Assembly (NCBI GenBank): GCA_951406725.2
Contig: OX597815.1
Location: 28,210,001 to 28,274,000, forward strand
Reading direction: 5' to 3'
Length of the DNA stretch: 64,000 nucleotides
Source of the DNA: Octopus vulgaris
Taxonomy: Eukaryota
The notes below the pieces were generated by a model. The model ran no database searches, had not been told where the DNA came from, and worked only from the letters and a program-made list of their open reading frames with translations. This document shows positions 1-10,945 of the stretch, in pieces (position 1 is the first letter of the stretch; every line of letters begins with the position of its first letter). The translations under genes and the position numbers were made by a program.

Positions 1-1464
1 GCGATGCTGGTGAAATGTGTATTGAAATGATGACAATGATAGAGGCTGGGATTTGTGTGTGTGCAAATGAGTGCTTATATCCTGACAAACCCGTTTGTCA
101 GGATATCAAGCCCCCAAACTTTGACTGACTACCCTGCATACTGCTCCACCATCATTCTACCTCCTCCAACCTTTACAAAGTCTATGTATGAGAGACACAT
201 TTATTCTCTCTCTTTCATATTCTCTTCCCCTTAAACTTTCCATCCATACTCACTTTTATAATGTGAGATTGCCCTGGACACCCTCCGATACAACCCACCT
301 CATCGTCCTTATCACTCTGACCTTTTTTTTCTCACAAATCACCAATATTAATCTCTTCTGTACTCCATCCCCCAATAATGACCACTTCGTTACTCTCCAA
401 TACCAACTCCTCACAACTATAAATCTATTCCTCTCATCTTACTTGACCATCTCTCATCATCTTATCTAAAAACTATTACACACACTCTCCTGTCTCTTTC
501 ATTTATAGGGACCTCTTTAAGCACTTTAGCCATGAGAAAACACCCAGTACATTCTGTAGAAGAGGTTGGCATAGGATGGATAACCAACCATAGAAACCAT
601 GCCGAAAGATACTTGGTCCTCTGATTTACTGCATTCTCTCAAACCATGGCAACAAGGAGAGTGGTTGTTAAATGATGCTGCTGATGATATATGTGTGTCT
701 GTATAGATATGTGTGTGTGTATGTGTGTGTGTGTGTGTGTGAATGTTTATTTGAATGTGTCTTTGTGTTCACACTGTGTAGGTAATGATGTTATCGTTTA
801 CATCCCATGTAAATAATATCCTGTAGATTGGCAGTTTTGGCATATGAAGACCATTGGGATAAAATAGCTTATTTGAAGAACTCGTAAGGATTTATAACAG
901 GAAGGGCATCTGGTCATAGGATACTACTTTAAGTTTCCTTTAACCCATGCTAGCAAAGAAAAAGCTAACAAAAAAAAAAACGATGATGATGATGATGACA
1001 CCTATATAGGATTTCAGTTGGTTTGATCTTTGAACATCATTAGGTTTGTTATTCCTAGATGCATACCGAGTACCATGGATGCGTACATAATACCATGCTT
1101 GATTAAAACTAAGAATCTAGGCCACTGACATATGTACGATTAATGTTGCATTTTTCATTTATTTAAATTTATTTTTCACTAAAGACAGCTATACTGAACT
1201 GATATCAGCTGAATGTTACAGATACCGTTTCTTTGATTTGTTTAAGTTTCCATAGTGTTTCTCTACCAATTATAGAAATTTCATTCCATAGAAATGTATG
1301 ACTTCTTTTATCACACTATTCCAAGGTGAATAAAAAAAATCTGTAAAAAATAAAACTGCTTAGTTTAATTGGAAATTTCATAATACTGATCATCCAGTTA
1401 GATGACATTTAATATTTTGCTAAACTATAAACTGTTTGGATTATTATTATTATTATTATTCTTG

Positions 1465-1832
1465 AGCGTGATTGTTGCCAGAGCAGCTAACTGGTGTTCG
1501 TGCCGGAGGCACCTACAAGGCACCATTCGAGTGTGATCGTTACCAGAGGAGCCTTACTGGCACTTGTGCCGGTGTGCAGGTGACATGTAAAAAAAAAAAT
1601 GATTTTCCATGACTGTTGCCAGTACTGCCTGACTGGCCCTCATGCTGGTGGCACATAAAAACACCCATTACATTCTCAGGGTGGTTGGCATTAGGAAGGG
1701 CATCCAGCTGTAGAAACTCTGTCAAATCAAAATTGGAGCCTGGTGCAGCCATCTGCTTCACCAGTCCTCAGTCAAATCGTCCAACCCATGCTAGCATGGA
1801 AAACGGATGTTAAACGACAATGATGATGATGA
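1465..1832 (+). mobile_element. 5'-truncated RTE LINE copy (3' UTR plus (GAT)n tail)
   Basis: GGCACRTAAAA-CACC units, then GGTTGGCATTAGGAAGGGCATCCAGCTGTAGAAAC, CCAACCCATGCTAGCATGGAAAACGGATGTTAAACGA and (TGA)n. Same family as the copies at 6413-6838 and 27974-28517 that retain ORF sequence. Confidence 0.8.
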
Positions 1833-1888
1833 TTATTAATTCAAGATAAGTGAAAATAGAAGCAATTTTTGCAGTGTAGACTGTAAAT

Positions 1889-1962
1889 GTTAGTTAGGGT
1901 TAGAGTAAGGGTAAAGGTTAGGGTAAGGGTTAAACTTAGGATTAGGGTTAAGGATGGGGTTT
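1889..1962 (+). repeat. Degenerate interstitial (TTAGGG)n-like tract
   Basis: TTAGGG TTAGAG TAAGGG TAAAGG TTAGGG TAAGGG ... TTAGGA TTAGGG TTAAGG hexamer periodicity. Confidence 0.7.
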
Positions 1963-3270
1963 AACATCTACAATATTACATTTTAGGGGATACCTTATCT
2001 TTTAACAAAAACAGGAATACGTTTCCTTATTGCAATTGCATGGAAACAGCTGGAAAATACAAATCAAGAATCAATATCTTGTAAGTATTTGGTAGGCTAA
2101 CAGTGGCATCTGTGACAAAGGAAAAGAAAGCTGCTTGATTATTATATTATAAAGCATTTCAGATAAGTAGGCTACATTCTGCTTTTGAAGTGTTTCTGAA
2201 ATGAAACGTCCTATCTCCAATAAATACTCAAGTAAAATACATTTTCAAGATGTAATGTGGAGGAGTTATTTACAACCTATTTTTTATGCTTTTAATACAG
2301 CATTCTGAACAAGTGTTTACATTTAAATTGTCAATATTTCCAGTGTTTCACGTACTATTTCTTCTCAATGTGAGTTCTTTGCAAAGCAAAACCCATATCT
2401 AATATACAAAGAAAGGAATAAGAGAAATAGAGGGAGATAGGGAAAGAGACAAAAAGGGTGGTCGTCTAAGAATCCATAAATAATAAAAAAAAAAAAAGAA
2501 AAGGTACTTGAATGTTTGTCAATAGTGTGTGGGTAGATTAATATTTATACAATATAGTATCATATATCCATTTCAGTCAATTTCATCACTTGGTTTTGCA
2601 CACAAGAATTTGGTAAAAAATTTGATCCTGGCACTTGTCAAAAGTGCAGATAGAAAGAATATGGTGATGGCTTTCTGCTACTAGAGATCAGGAAGTGTCA
2701 TATCTGGTTTTATACATACATAAATATATAAATCATAATCATCATAATCCTCATTTAATATATAAATCATCATCATCATCATCTATTTGAAGTTAGGTAA
2801 TAATCTACAAGTCTATTCAGTGGAGATATAGTGATAAGGGATGATGGTGAGAATATAGAATGGGTGGCAAGGGGAGTGGTTCCAAGAAGTGAGATTACAA
2901 AAAAGGGGGGGGGTGATATGTGCAGTTCTGCTCTCATATAATGACAACAGCTGAGAGTGCTGTCGTTAGATGGATGAGGGAGGGATGGGTTTCACAAGAG
3001 ATAAGTTACTTGAGAGATAAACAAAAAACAAGAAAGAAAAGAAAAGAAACAATGACATCAGTGTCATTTGTCTCTAGGCTGTAATTTTGTTCGATAGACT
3101 TGTAGATTATTACCTAACTTGGAAATAGGTGAAGGTTGGTGACAGGAAGGACATCCAGCCATAGAAAACTCTGTGTTAATCTATTCTCATCAGACCCATG
3201 CAAATATGGAAAAGTAGACATTATGATGATGATGATGATGATAATAATGATGATGATAATAATGATGATG

Positions 3271-3312
<42 letters not shown>

Positions 3313-3384
3313 GTTTATTGGCTAAACTGGCAAAATGACCATTCCGAAATATAACAATATATATATATATATATATATATTTTA

Positions 3385-3610
3385 GGCGGCGAGCTGGCAG
3401 AAACGTTAGCGTGCCAGGCGAAATGCGTAGCCGTATTCCATCTGTCGTTACGTTCCGAGTTCAAAATCCGCCGAGGTCGACTTTGCCTTTCATCCTTTCG
3501 GGGTCAATAAATTAAGTACCAGTTATGCACTGGGGTCGATGTAATCGACTTAATCCGTTTGTCTGTCCTTGTTTGTCCCCTCTGTGTTTAGCTCCTTGTG
3601 GGTAGTAAAG

Positions 3611-3614
<4 letters not shown>
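3385..3614 (+). mobile_element. tRNA-headed SINE with Meta-like central domain (family B, tail type 1)
   Basis: B-box-like GAGTTCAAAATCC followed by GAGGTCGACTTTGCCTTTCATCCTTTCGGGGTC..TAAATTAAGTACCAG, which resembles the MetaSINE domain. Near-identical copies at 40020-40252 and 54602-54830. Sits within a (TA)n tract. Confidence 0.85.
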
Positions 3615-3647
<33 letters not shown>

Positions 3648-4075
3648 GTGGCTTTTTTCTAATATTTTATATATATATATATATATATAAACATATATAG
3701 CAAATTTTTTCTTCTTTCTCTCCTTCTTCCTTTCCTTCTTTTTCTTTAAAACTCTTTCAGATACAAATACACACACACACACACACATGCTCTCTCTCAC
3801 TTTCTCCCCATTCCTCACCGTCTTGTACTATCTTCAATAATACTATAAAAAGAGTCAAAATTCCAGCAAAAGTGAGTTCAATTTGAAGACTCCTCTAGAG
3901 TGGACAAAAGCGCTACTATATGATATATGATTTATAAAAACATGTAACATACTAATAAATATCTGTAAATATAAAACCATCCGGATTTCTGAGTACCTCA
4001 TTTCTTCTAATATATAATACCTGTACATCATCTCCAAACCTTCTCATATATATATTTATTTTATTTTTTTAATAT

Positions 4076-4310
4076 TTTATCTAGTTTCAGCTCACGAGCT
4101 GTGGCCATGCTGGGGCACCGCCATTTGGTGTTGCTACATGATTTTACTTCACGAATGCTTTTTAGCAACTGCCATTTGGTGCATGAGAGAGTTCGATGCA
4201 GCTGCCCTCATCTGCACCTCCTGCCGTGAAGTTGGTTCATCTGGGATACCTGACAAGAAGAGATCCAGTTTCATTTTAAAGACATCTGCATCTACCCCAT
4301 GCAGTCTTCT
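4076..4310 (-). mobile_element. 3' end of a CR1-group LINE (ORF2 C-terminus plus 3' UTR)
   Basis: Manual translation of minus 4310-4149: RRLHGVDADVFKMKLDLFLSGIPDEPTSRQEVQMRAAASNSLMHQMAVAKKHS*. The FK..LD.FL..IPDEP...SNSL..Q pattern is typical of invertebrate CR1-group ORF2 ends. Tail GGCGGTGCCCCAGCATGGCCACAGCTCGTGAGCTGAAACTAG. Exact clade uncertain. Confidence 0.75.
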
Positions 4311-4555
4311 GGTTAGGGTGTTAGGTTAATTTATTTATATATATATATATACATATATATAATGATGATGGCATGATAAAATGAATCTGTAAAGTGTTTA
4401 CTGATAGGGAGGGCATTCAACTATAGAAACTATGGCAAATAAGAGAATGTACAAGAGCCTATGTGCACATACTACAGGCTAAACTTCTAGAATATTCCAC
4501 ATATTATAAAGTTCCATTAATGGATATATACATTCAAACATGTATGTAAACACAT

Positions 4556-4586
<31 letters not shown>

Positions 4587-4981
4587 AGATGGGAATGTAC
4601 ACTGGTATAAAACTCATTATCCTCCTCCTCCACTTCCTATATACATACAGAATATATTTTCAGATAAAATTGTGGCTTGACAGTTTTACATTTAATAGTT
4701 AGAAAATACATTAAAATATTCAGAGAAATAACATTTGAATAACATTCAAAATAAATATTTTTATTAACCTCTAACAATGTGTAATTTCTTATAATAGAAA
4801 CTAATACAGTTGCTTAGTTGCAAGCAGAAAAACATGCACAGACTCATTCACATTCACACATGCACATAGACAAACATTAGATTATAATAAAAATAGATAA
4901 GTAGATAAAAAAAGATGATAAATGAAAGAATCAAGAACTTATTTAAATTGAATGAGAAATATAAAATTTCATGAATTATAA

Positions 4982-5144
4982 GGCGCAGGAGTGGCTGTGT
5001 GGTAAGTAGCCTGCTAACCAACCACATGGTTCTGGGTTCAGTCCCACTGCATGGCATCGTGGGCAAGTGTCTTCTGCTATAGCCCCGGGCCGACCAATGC
5101 CTTGTGAGTGGATTTGGTAGACGGAAACTGAAAGAAGCCTGTCG

Positions 5145-5175
<31 letters not shown>

Positions 5176-5385
5176 TTGTGTGTCTGTGTTTGTCCCCTAG
5201 CATTGCTTGACAACCGATGCTGGTGTGTTTACGTCCCCGTCACTTAGCGGTTCGGCAAAAAGAGATCGATAGAATAAGTACTGGGCTTACAAAGAATAAG
5301 TCCCGGGGTCGATTTGCTCGACTAAAGGCGGTGCTCCAGCATGGCCGCAGTCAAATGACTGAAACAAGTAAAAGAGTAAAAGAGT
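4982..5385 (+). mobile_element. Full-length tRNA-headed SINE (family A, CR1-type tail)
   Basis: A box TGGCTGTGTGG, B-box-like GGTTCAGTCCC, GGGCAAGTGTCTT core, internal (TA)n(TG)n, tail GGCGGTGCTCCAGCATGGCCGCAGTCAAATGACTGAAACAAG(TAAAAGAG)n. Near-identical to 48674-49091. Confidence 0.9.
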
Positions 5386-5480
5386 ATAAGAGTAATATGT
5401 CTATTAGAGGCAAAAATATAACATTCATGTATACCCATGCACATGCTCTCTTTTCCTCTCTCATACATACACACATATAC

Positions 5481-5522
<42 letters not shown>

Positions 5523-6412
5523 CTATCTATTTCTCTCTGTAAATGTATATAGAGACTTAAGAAAGATATAATGGCTATAGTTTAAACTATTGCTGGTAGG
5601 TTTTAAATTTAGTACTATTACTTAAAACAAGTTGATTCCTATCATATTAAGAGACAGATAACAATGAGAAATATTTTAGATGTATGAAAATATATAAATA
5701 GATATTGCTGTAATTTTCTAATTCACACATTATTAAAAAAAAACTACAAAAAATAAAATAAAAGAAACACACAAAGGAATGGAACTAAGGGTTTAGATAT
5801 GATTGCTTTGACTGAAGTGAATGGGTAGGAGATTTTGAGCCTTCTAATATTTTTATTTTTATTTTTTATTTAGAGGAATTAAGGTTGTGTTTATGATCTT
5901 TCAAGTTCTTCCAAGACTGGTGAGGTAGATGTGATTAAAGGATACTGCATACATGCATCCATCTTCACTATTCCTGAGAAGGTTATGGGAGAAGAGTCCT
6001 CAGGCATTTCCTATAGGAAGTGACCATCATTAGATTTCCCAGCTGGATTCCCAAGTGTGGCTGACTGAGACAATGGACATTAAACAACCATCCTGTTCTT
6101 GGTTAACTCCTAGGTAACCTACCAGTTAGTTAGGCTTGAAGAATTCCATGCTTCCTGATATTTGCCAACACTACTTCTGATGTGCCAATGCACCCTTTCC
6201 TCTTTATGACTCTTTAACTTTTTATTGTCCATGTTTGTCTTTTTGTGTCATATTGTGTCCAATTTGGGCATTTCTGGATTTCATTGCTGCTTTTTTTATT
6301 TTTTATTCAGAGGAATTGAGGTCAACTGATTAGGTGTAGTCTAAGATGTTCTTATTTTTTTATTTTCTTAAAATTACGTAGAAGGAAAGTACCTGTGATC
6401 TTCTTTACTTAC

Positions 6413-6838
6413 TTTTTACGTGCCACCTGCACAGGAGCCAATCCAGTGGTACTGGTGACAACTTCGCTCAAATGTTTCACATGCCACCAGTACAAGTGCT
6501 AGTAAGGTGACGTGGTAACGATCATGCTTGAATAGTGTGCTTAAACGTGCCATCGGCACGAAGGCCAACTTGTTGCTCTGGCTACGATCTCACTTGTTTG
6601 GTACTCTTAGCGCTCCACCAGCAACGTATGCCAGTCACCCAGTTCGATTTTGACTTCAATTTCACTTGCCTCAACTGGTCTTTGCAAGCAGAGTTTAGTG
6701 TCCAGTGAAGAAGAGGCATGCATAAGTGAACTGGTTACACCTCTAGCATAGGCCACGAGGTTATGGTCACACTTGCGCTTGCCGAGTCTTCTCAAGCACA
6801 GCATATTTCCAGAGGTCCCGGTCACTAGCCATTGCCTC
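6413..6838 (-). mobile_element. RTE LINE fragment (ORF C-terminus plus proximal 3' UTR)
   Basis: Minus 6838-6767 translates EAMASDRDLWKYAVLEKTRQAQV* (RTE-type DR..W terminal motif), followed by the tandem UTR units. Aligns with 35747-36310. Confidence 0.8.
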
Positions 6839-7537
6839 ATGTAGATTAATTGTAGTTTGCTAGTTAAAATTTGCAAGAAGGCACAGGGAGAGGACACAGA
6901 GAGTCTGTGAATTAATGGATGTGGTTTGGTGGTGAGTGGATCTTTGTCAACTGATTAGGTGTAGTCTAAGATGTTCTTATTTTTTTATCTTCTTAAAATT
7001 ATGTAGAAGGAAAGTACCTGTGATCTTCTTCACTTACTTTGAGAGTGGTGAGAAGAAACCAGGCCTAAATGCCTGCAACAAAGCAGACACTGTTTAAGAC
7101 AACCAAAGGTTAGTTGCTGGCTTTTAAATCTAGCAGTACTATGAGCATAGCAGCAGTACAAACATCCAAACATCAGGTATGTAAACAGTAATTTAATTCT
7201 GTTGCAGAAGGTCTGCAACTAATCAGAGATAGAATATTTAATATTACTGGTTCTGCAGAGAAAGCCTTGTCTTTGGGAAGTAATTTTGGCAATATTATAT
7301 ATTAATAATAGGGAGTATAACTCCTAACTTGCAGGGAAAATTTCACAATATAAATATATAATATATATATAAATTAGAGAAAAACCACTATTATGTAATT
7401 CAAACAATGATAGACATAAACCAAATCATAAAGAAAAAACAAAATATATTATTAAACATATAACTAGATCACAAAAAATACAAAAAAAAATGAATAAATA
7501 ATATATAATAAATAAAATGTACGTAGTCTTTTTACTT

Positions 7538-8032
7538 AGATATCTTGCAAACAACTTGCACATGCAAGTGCTACCAGTTAAAAGCTCCGTATATCGGAAG
7601 CTAGCAAGTGTATGGGGTCATCAGGAGAGAATGCGCGCCGTTTCGGGGCCTACCTCTCGACGGCATCAATGCGCACCGGCCCCCCTCACTGATATGAGGC
7701 CCCGCCTGCTAGATCAGCTGGTTATGATGAACTCAATATACTTCTAGCCATCGCTCATCGTCTCTTTTTAACCAAATCCAGTGGCTAGCCTTCTCCACTG
7801 TAGATTGGATATCAGTCATGGTGGTATTGACTTTACGATGAGTTAGGCCTAACGATAACAACAGTCGTCTCACGCTGTGTCCTACAAACCCTCTACATCC
7901 GACTTCGATAGGAAAATGTTCCGCTTTCCAGCCTGCGTCTTCATATTCCTCGAGGAGGTTTTCATAACGGTTTAATTTTCGAGCTCGAGCGGCGTCCATA
8001 TTATCTTCGTGAGGAACCGTTAGCTCGACTAT
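7538..8032 (-). mobile_element. 5'-truncated Hero-like (R2-group, restriction-like endonuclease) non-LTR retrotransposon
   Basis: Minus 8032-7733: IVELTVPHEDNMDAARARKLNRY...GWKAEHFPIEVGCRGF...EKASHWIWLKR. ELTVP, RK..Y, EVGCRGF and W.WLKR are Hero-type endonuclease motifs. The frame is intact and CpG-rich. A second 3' UTR copy lies at 35190-35418. Confidence 0.85.
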
Positions 8033-8207
8033 ATTTAAAACTTGAGTTTATTATTGTTTATTCATTTTTTTGTACTTTTTGTGATCTAGTTATATGTTTT
8101 ATAATACATTTTATTTTTCCTTTATGATTTGTTTGAATTACATATCATTGTTTGAATTACATAATAGTGATTTTTCTCTAATTTATATATATATATATAT
8201 ATATATA

Positions 8208-8353
8208 GGCACAAGCATGGTAGTATGGTAAAAAGTTTGCTTCCCAACCATCTGGTTCTAGGTTCAGTCCCATTATGCGGCACCATGGGCAAGTATCGAG
8301 CTGACAAAGCATTGTGAGTGGATTTGGTCGATGGAAACTGAAAGAAGTTCATC

Positions 8354-8401
<48 letters not shown>

Positions 8402-8622
8402 CTATGTGTGTGTGTGTCATTGTGTATTTGTTTGTCCCCACATCCCCACTTGACAACTGTTGGTGTGTTTACATCCCTATAACTGAGCAGTTTGGCAAAA
8501 AAGACAGATAGAATAAGTACTAGGCTTATAAAAAAAGTCCTGGGGCTGATTTGTTTGAATAGAACACTTCAAGGTAGTGCGCCAGCACATCCGCAATCAA
8601 ATGACTGAGACAAATAAAAGAA
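8208..8622 (+). mobile_element. SINE family A (CR1-type tail), diverged
   Basis: Colinear with 4982-5385, with a small internal deletion. Confidence 0.85.
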
Positions 8623-9808
8623 TTTATAATTATATATATATCCAAGTGTTAAAATCCAGTCTACATATCTTTCATAGCAAGCAGAACCTCGGAGCCAGGT
8701 GTGTACCACAGGCTACACTTCAGGCCAACGGTATCTTGATTAAATGAAGTTTAACATGGCCCCCTAACAACAAAGTAAACTTCATTTAGTCAAGATATCT
8801 TTCGCCTGAAGAGTAGACCTTGCTTTGGATATTTACCATTTCCAAGGTTCCCTATCCTATAAAACATACATAGTCTGAGTCTTATCTACTTCACCCTTAA
8901 CTCTTGGATTTTTATTTACATACATGAAATATAAAATAATTTTTTTTCAATACGTTGATACAGAAAAAAATCCATAAATTTCAGCCCCAATAAACCACTA
9001 TTGTTCCTGAAAGTTGTCTTTTTATATTTTCTATGCATTGCTTGAAGCTCACTTTCTTCCTACACACCAATCCTTGGATCTTACACTTATATTTATTATC
9101 ATCATCATTATCATTTAGTGTCTGTTGTCCATGCTGACAAGCTGGAAGGCTGCACCAGACTTCAGTCTGTTTTGGTATGGTTTTACTGCTGGATGCCCTT
9201 CCCAATGCCAACCACTTATATACATATATATATATATTATCATTGTTTCAGTGGCCATTTTTCCATACTCACAAAGGTCTGCTGAAATTTGCTGAGGCAG
9301 GATGCTAAATGATGATGATGATGGTGATAATGATGATGAAAGGAGTAGAGTGAAGTTGCTTTCCTGAATACAAATAGCAAAGTTATCTTGAACTGAAATT
9401 CAATGACTGCCCTTCAATATCCTATACATCTAAATATTTAATCAATCATTACACTAATTCTGTTAATGTGTGCCCTTAATTGTTTATGTTGATATTATGC
9501 ACTAAGTTTATGTTTTAATGATATTAACTTGTAATTGTCAAGACTACTTCCAATTGAATAAGTAAAGAACTCGGAAGACATATTAAATAAACAATAGATA
9601 ACATGTATCACAAAGATCCAATGTGGATTCAATTTCCCATTAGTAACTTGACAGCTATTCATGAAACTTCAATAGACATAGATTAAAGCTTCAGCTTCCA
9701 GTGACTTACATTTTGGGGTGGAGGGAGGGAGGGAGAGGTGAAATTATGTAAGTGTGTAAACAAGCAAGGTGTCTGTGTGTACGTGGATATACAAATATAT
9801 GTATATAT

Positions 9809-9856
<48 letters not shown>

Positions 9857-10054
9857 AGAGTGTGTGTATTTTTTCCCTTGTTAACAATTAACATGGAAAA
9901 AATAGATAAATAGTTACCAGGGTAGCAAAAAATCACACAAGAGGTTGTAACTCCTTGTTTTTAAAGGTAGAAACTTCTGGTTTACGTGGAATTTTTTTGT
10001 ATAATATATAAATAAATAAATGGAGTTTAACGCAGGTATAATTCAAATACTTTT

Positions 10055-10143
10055 ACTTCCGACACATGTTTCAAAGATATAAGTGATATTATTCCATAGG
10101 AATAAATTGGTGTAAAACAATGTAATCTTCTCTTCAGAGAAGT
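10055..10143 (-). ncRNA. Type I minimal hammerhead ribozyme motif (PLE terminal repeat)
   Basis: Minus strand: ACUUCU-CUGAAGA-GAAGAU...AUCUUU-GAAA-C-AUGU-GUC-GGAAGU. Stems I, II and III and the core are all present. Predicted cleavage between 10061 and 10060. Activity not shown. Confidence 0.7.
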
Positions 10144-10191
10144 GAAGAAATGAAAGTCAATAAGACATTTTAACAGAAGTATAACCTACAA

Positions 10192-10482
10192 ATGAAGACA
10201 GAACCAATTGATCCTAAGCAATCTCGGTTCATTTTGAAAGATCACAAACAAAATTTTTTTAATAACCTATCATTAAGGCTTATCTGCCCTTCTAGCTCTG
10301 ACATCGGTGTCCTTAGTAAAAATATTCTAGATAAATATGTTCCTAATTTAATTAAAAAATTAAAACTTAGTTTATGGTCTAATTCATTTCAAGTTGTTGA
10401 CTGGTTTAGTTCTATTACTAATAAGAGGAGTACTAAGTTTATCCAATTTGACATTTCCAATTTTATATATTCGAGTATATGA
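10192..10482 (+). pseudogene. Penelope-like element reverse transcriptase fragment
   Basis: FILKDHK.NF.N....RLICPSSSDIGVLSKNILDK...W.NS..V.DWF..I.NK....FIQFDISNF.YSSI corresponds to the PLE RT N-terminal motifs up to FDI..FY.SI. Truncated at a microsatellite. Confidence 0.8.
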
Positions 10483-10619
10483 GTATATGTATGTATGTGT
10501 GTGTGTGTGTGTGTGTGTGCATGTGTGAGTGTTTATAGGTATATTATATTTTGAATGTGACAATGAGACGTGTACAACATGATATGTGTATATGTATTTG
10601 CGCTTATATCAGTCAAGGA

Positions 10620-10945
10620 AATCAGCCAATGTTTTCTATTGGTTAGAAGGTCTTCCTATATCTTTCAAAAACTTTTTGCTTTCAGTTTCTCATCTCCAAT
10701 TTTTATCAGATCTCTCCAATTCTTTCCTCCATCTCATTTTTAATCACCCACCATCTCTTTTATGGTCTCTAAGAATCCAGTCTATCAGCTTTTTCTGTCC
10801 CCAATATGTTCACTAGTTGTCTGGGCATTTTCTGTCCAACTCCATTGCAATGATTTTGCAAACTTGACAATGGCATTTAATTTACTAAACCATTATGTCG
10901 TCATATTTTCTCTTCATATGTTCCAAGCATAATGCATTTGTGAGC
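10620..10945 (-). mobile_element. Old degenerate RTE-clade LINE ORF fragment
   Basis: Minus translation with stops and frameshifts: AKSLQWSW...LIDWILRDHKRDGG*LKMRWRKEL...NWR, resembling RTE KW.WAGH...W.PR..KR..GRP..RW.D. Confidence 0.55.

Noticed and set aside
3883-3915. TTGAAGAC-TCC...GGAC-AAAA-GCGC-TA as a hammerhead
   Set aside because: Several core mismatches and no stem I. It could be a decayed copy but cannot be supported from one sequence.
7614-7652. GAAAC...CTGATGA on the minus strand of the Hero 3' UTR as a hammerhead
   Set aside because: The would-be stem II strands are CCCC and CCCC and cannot pair.
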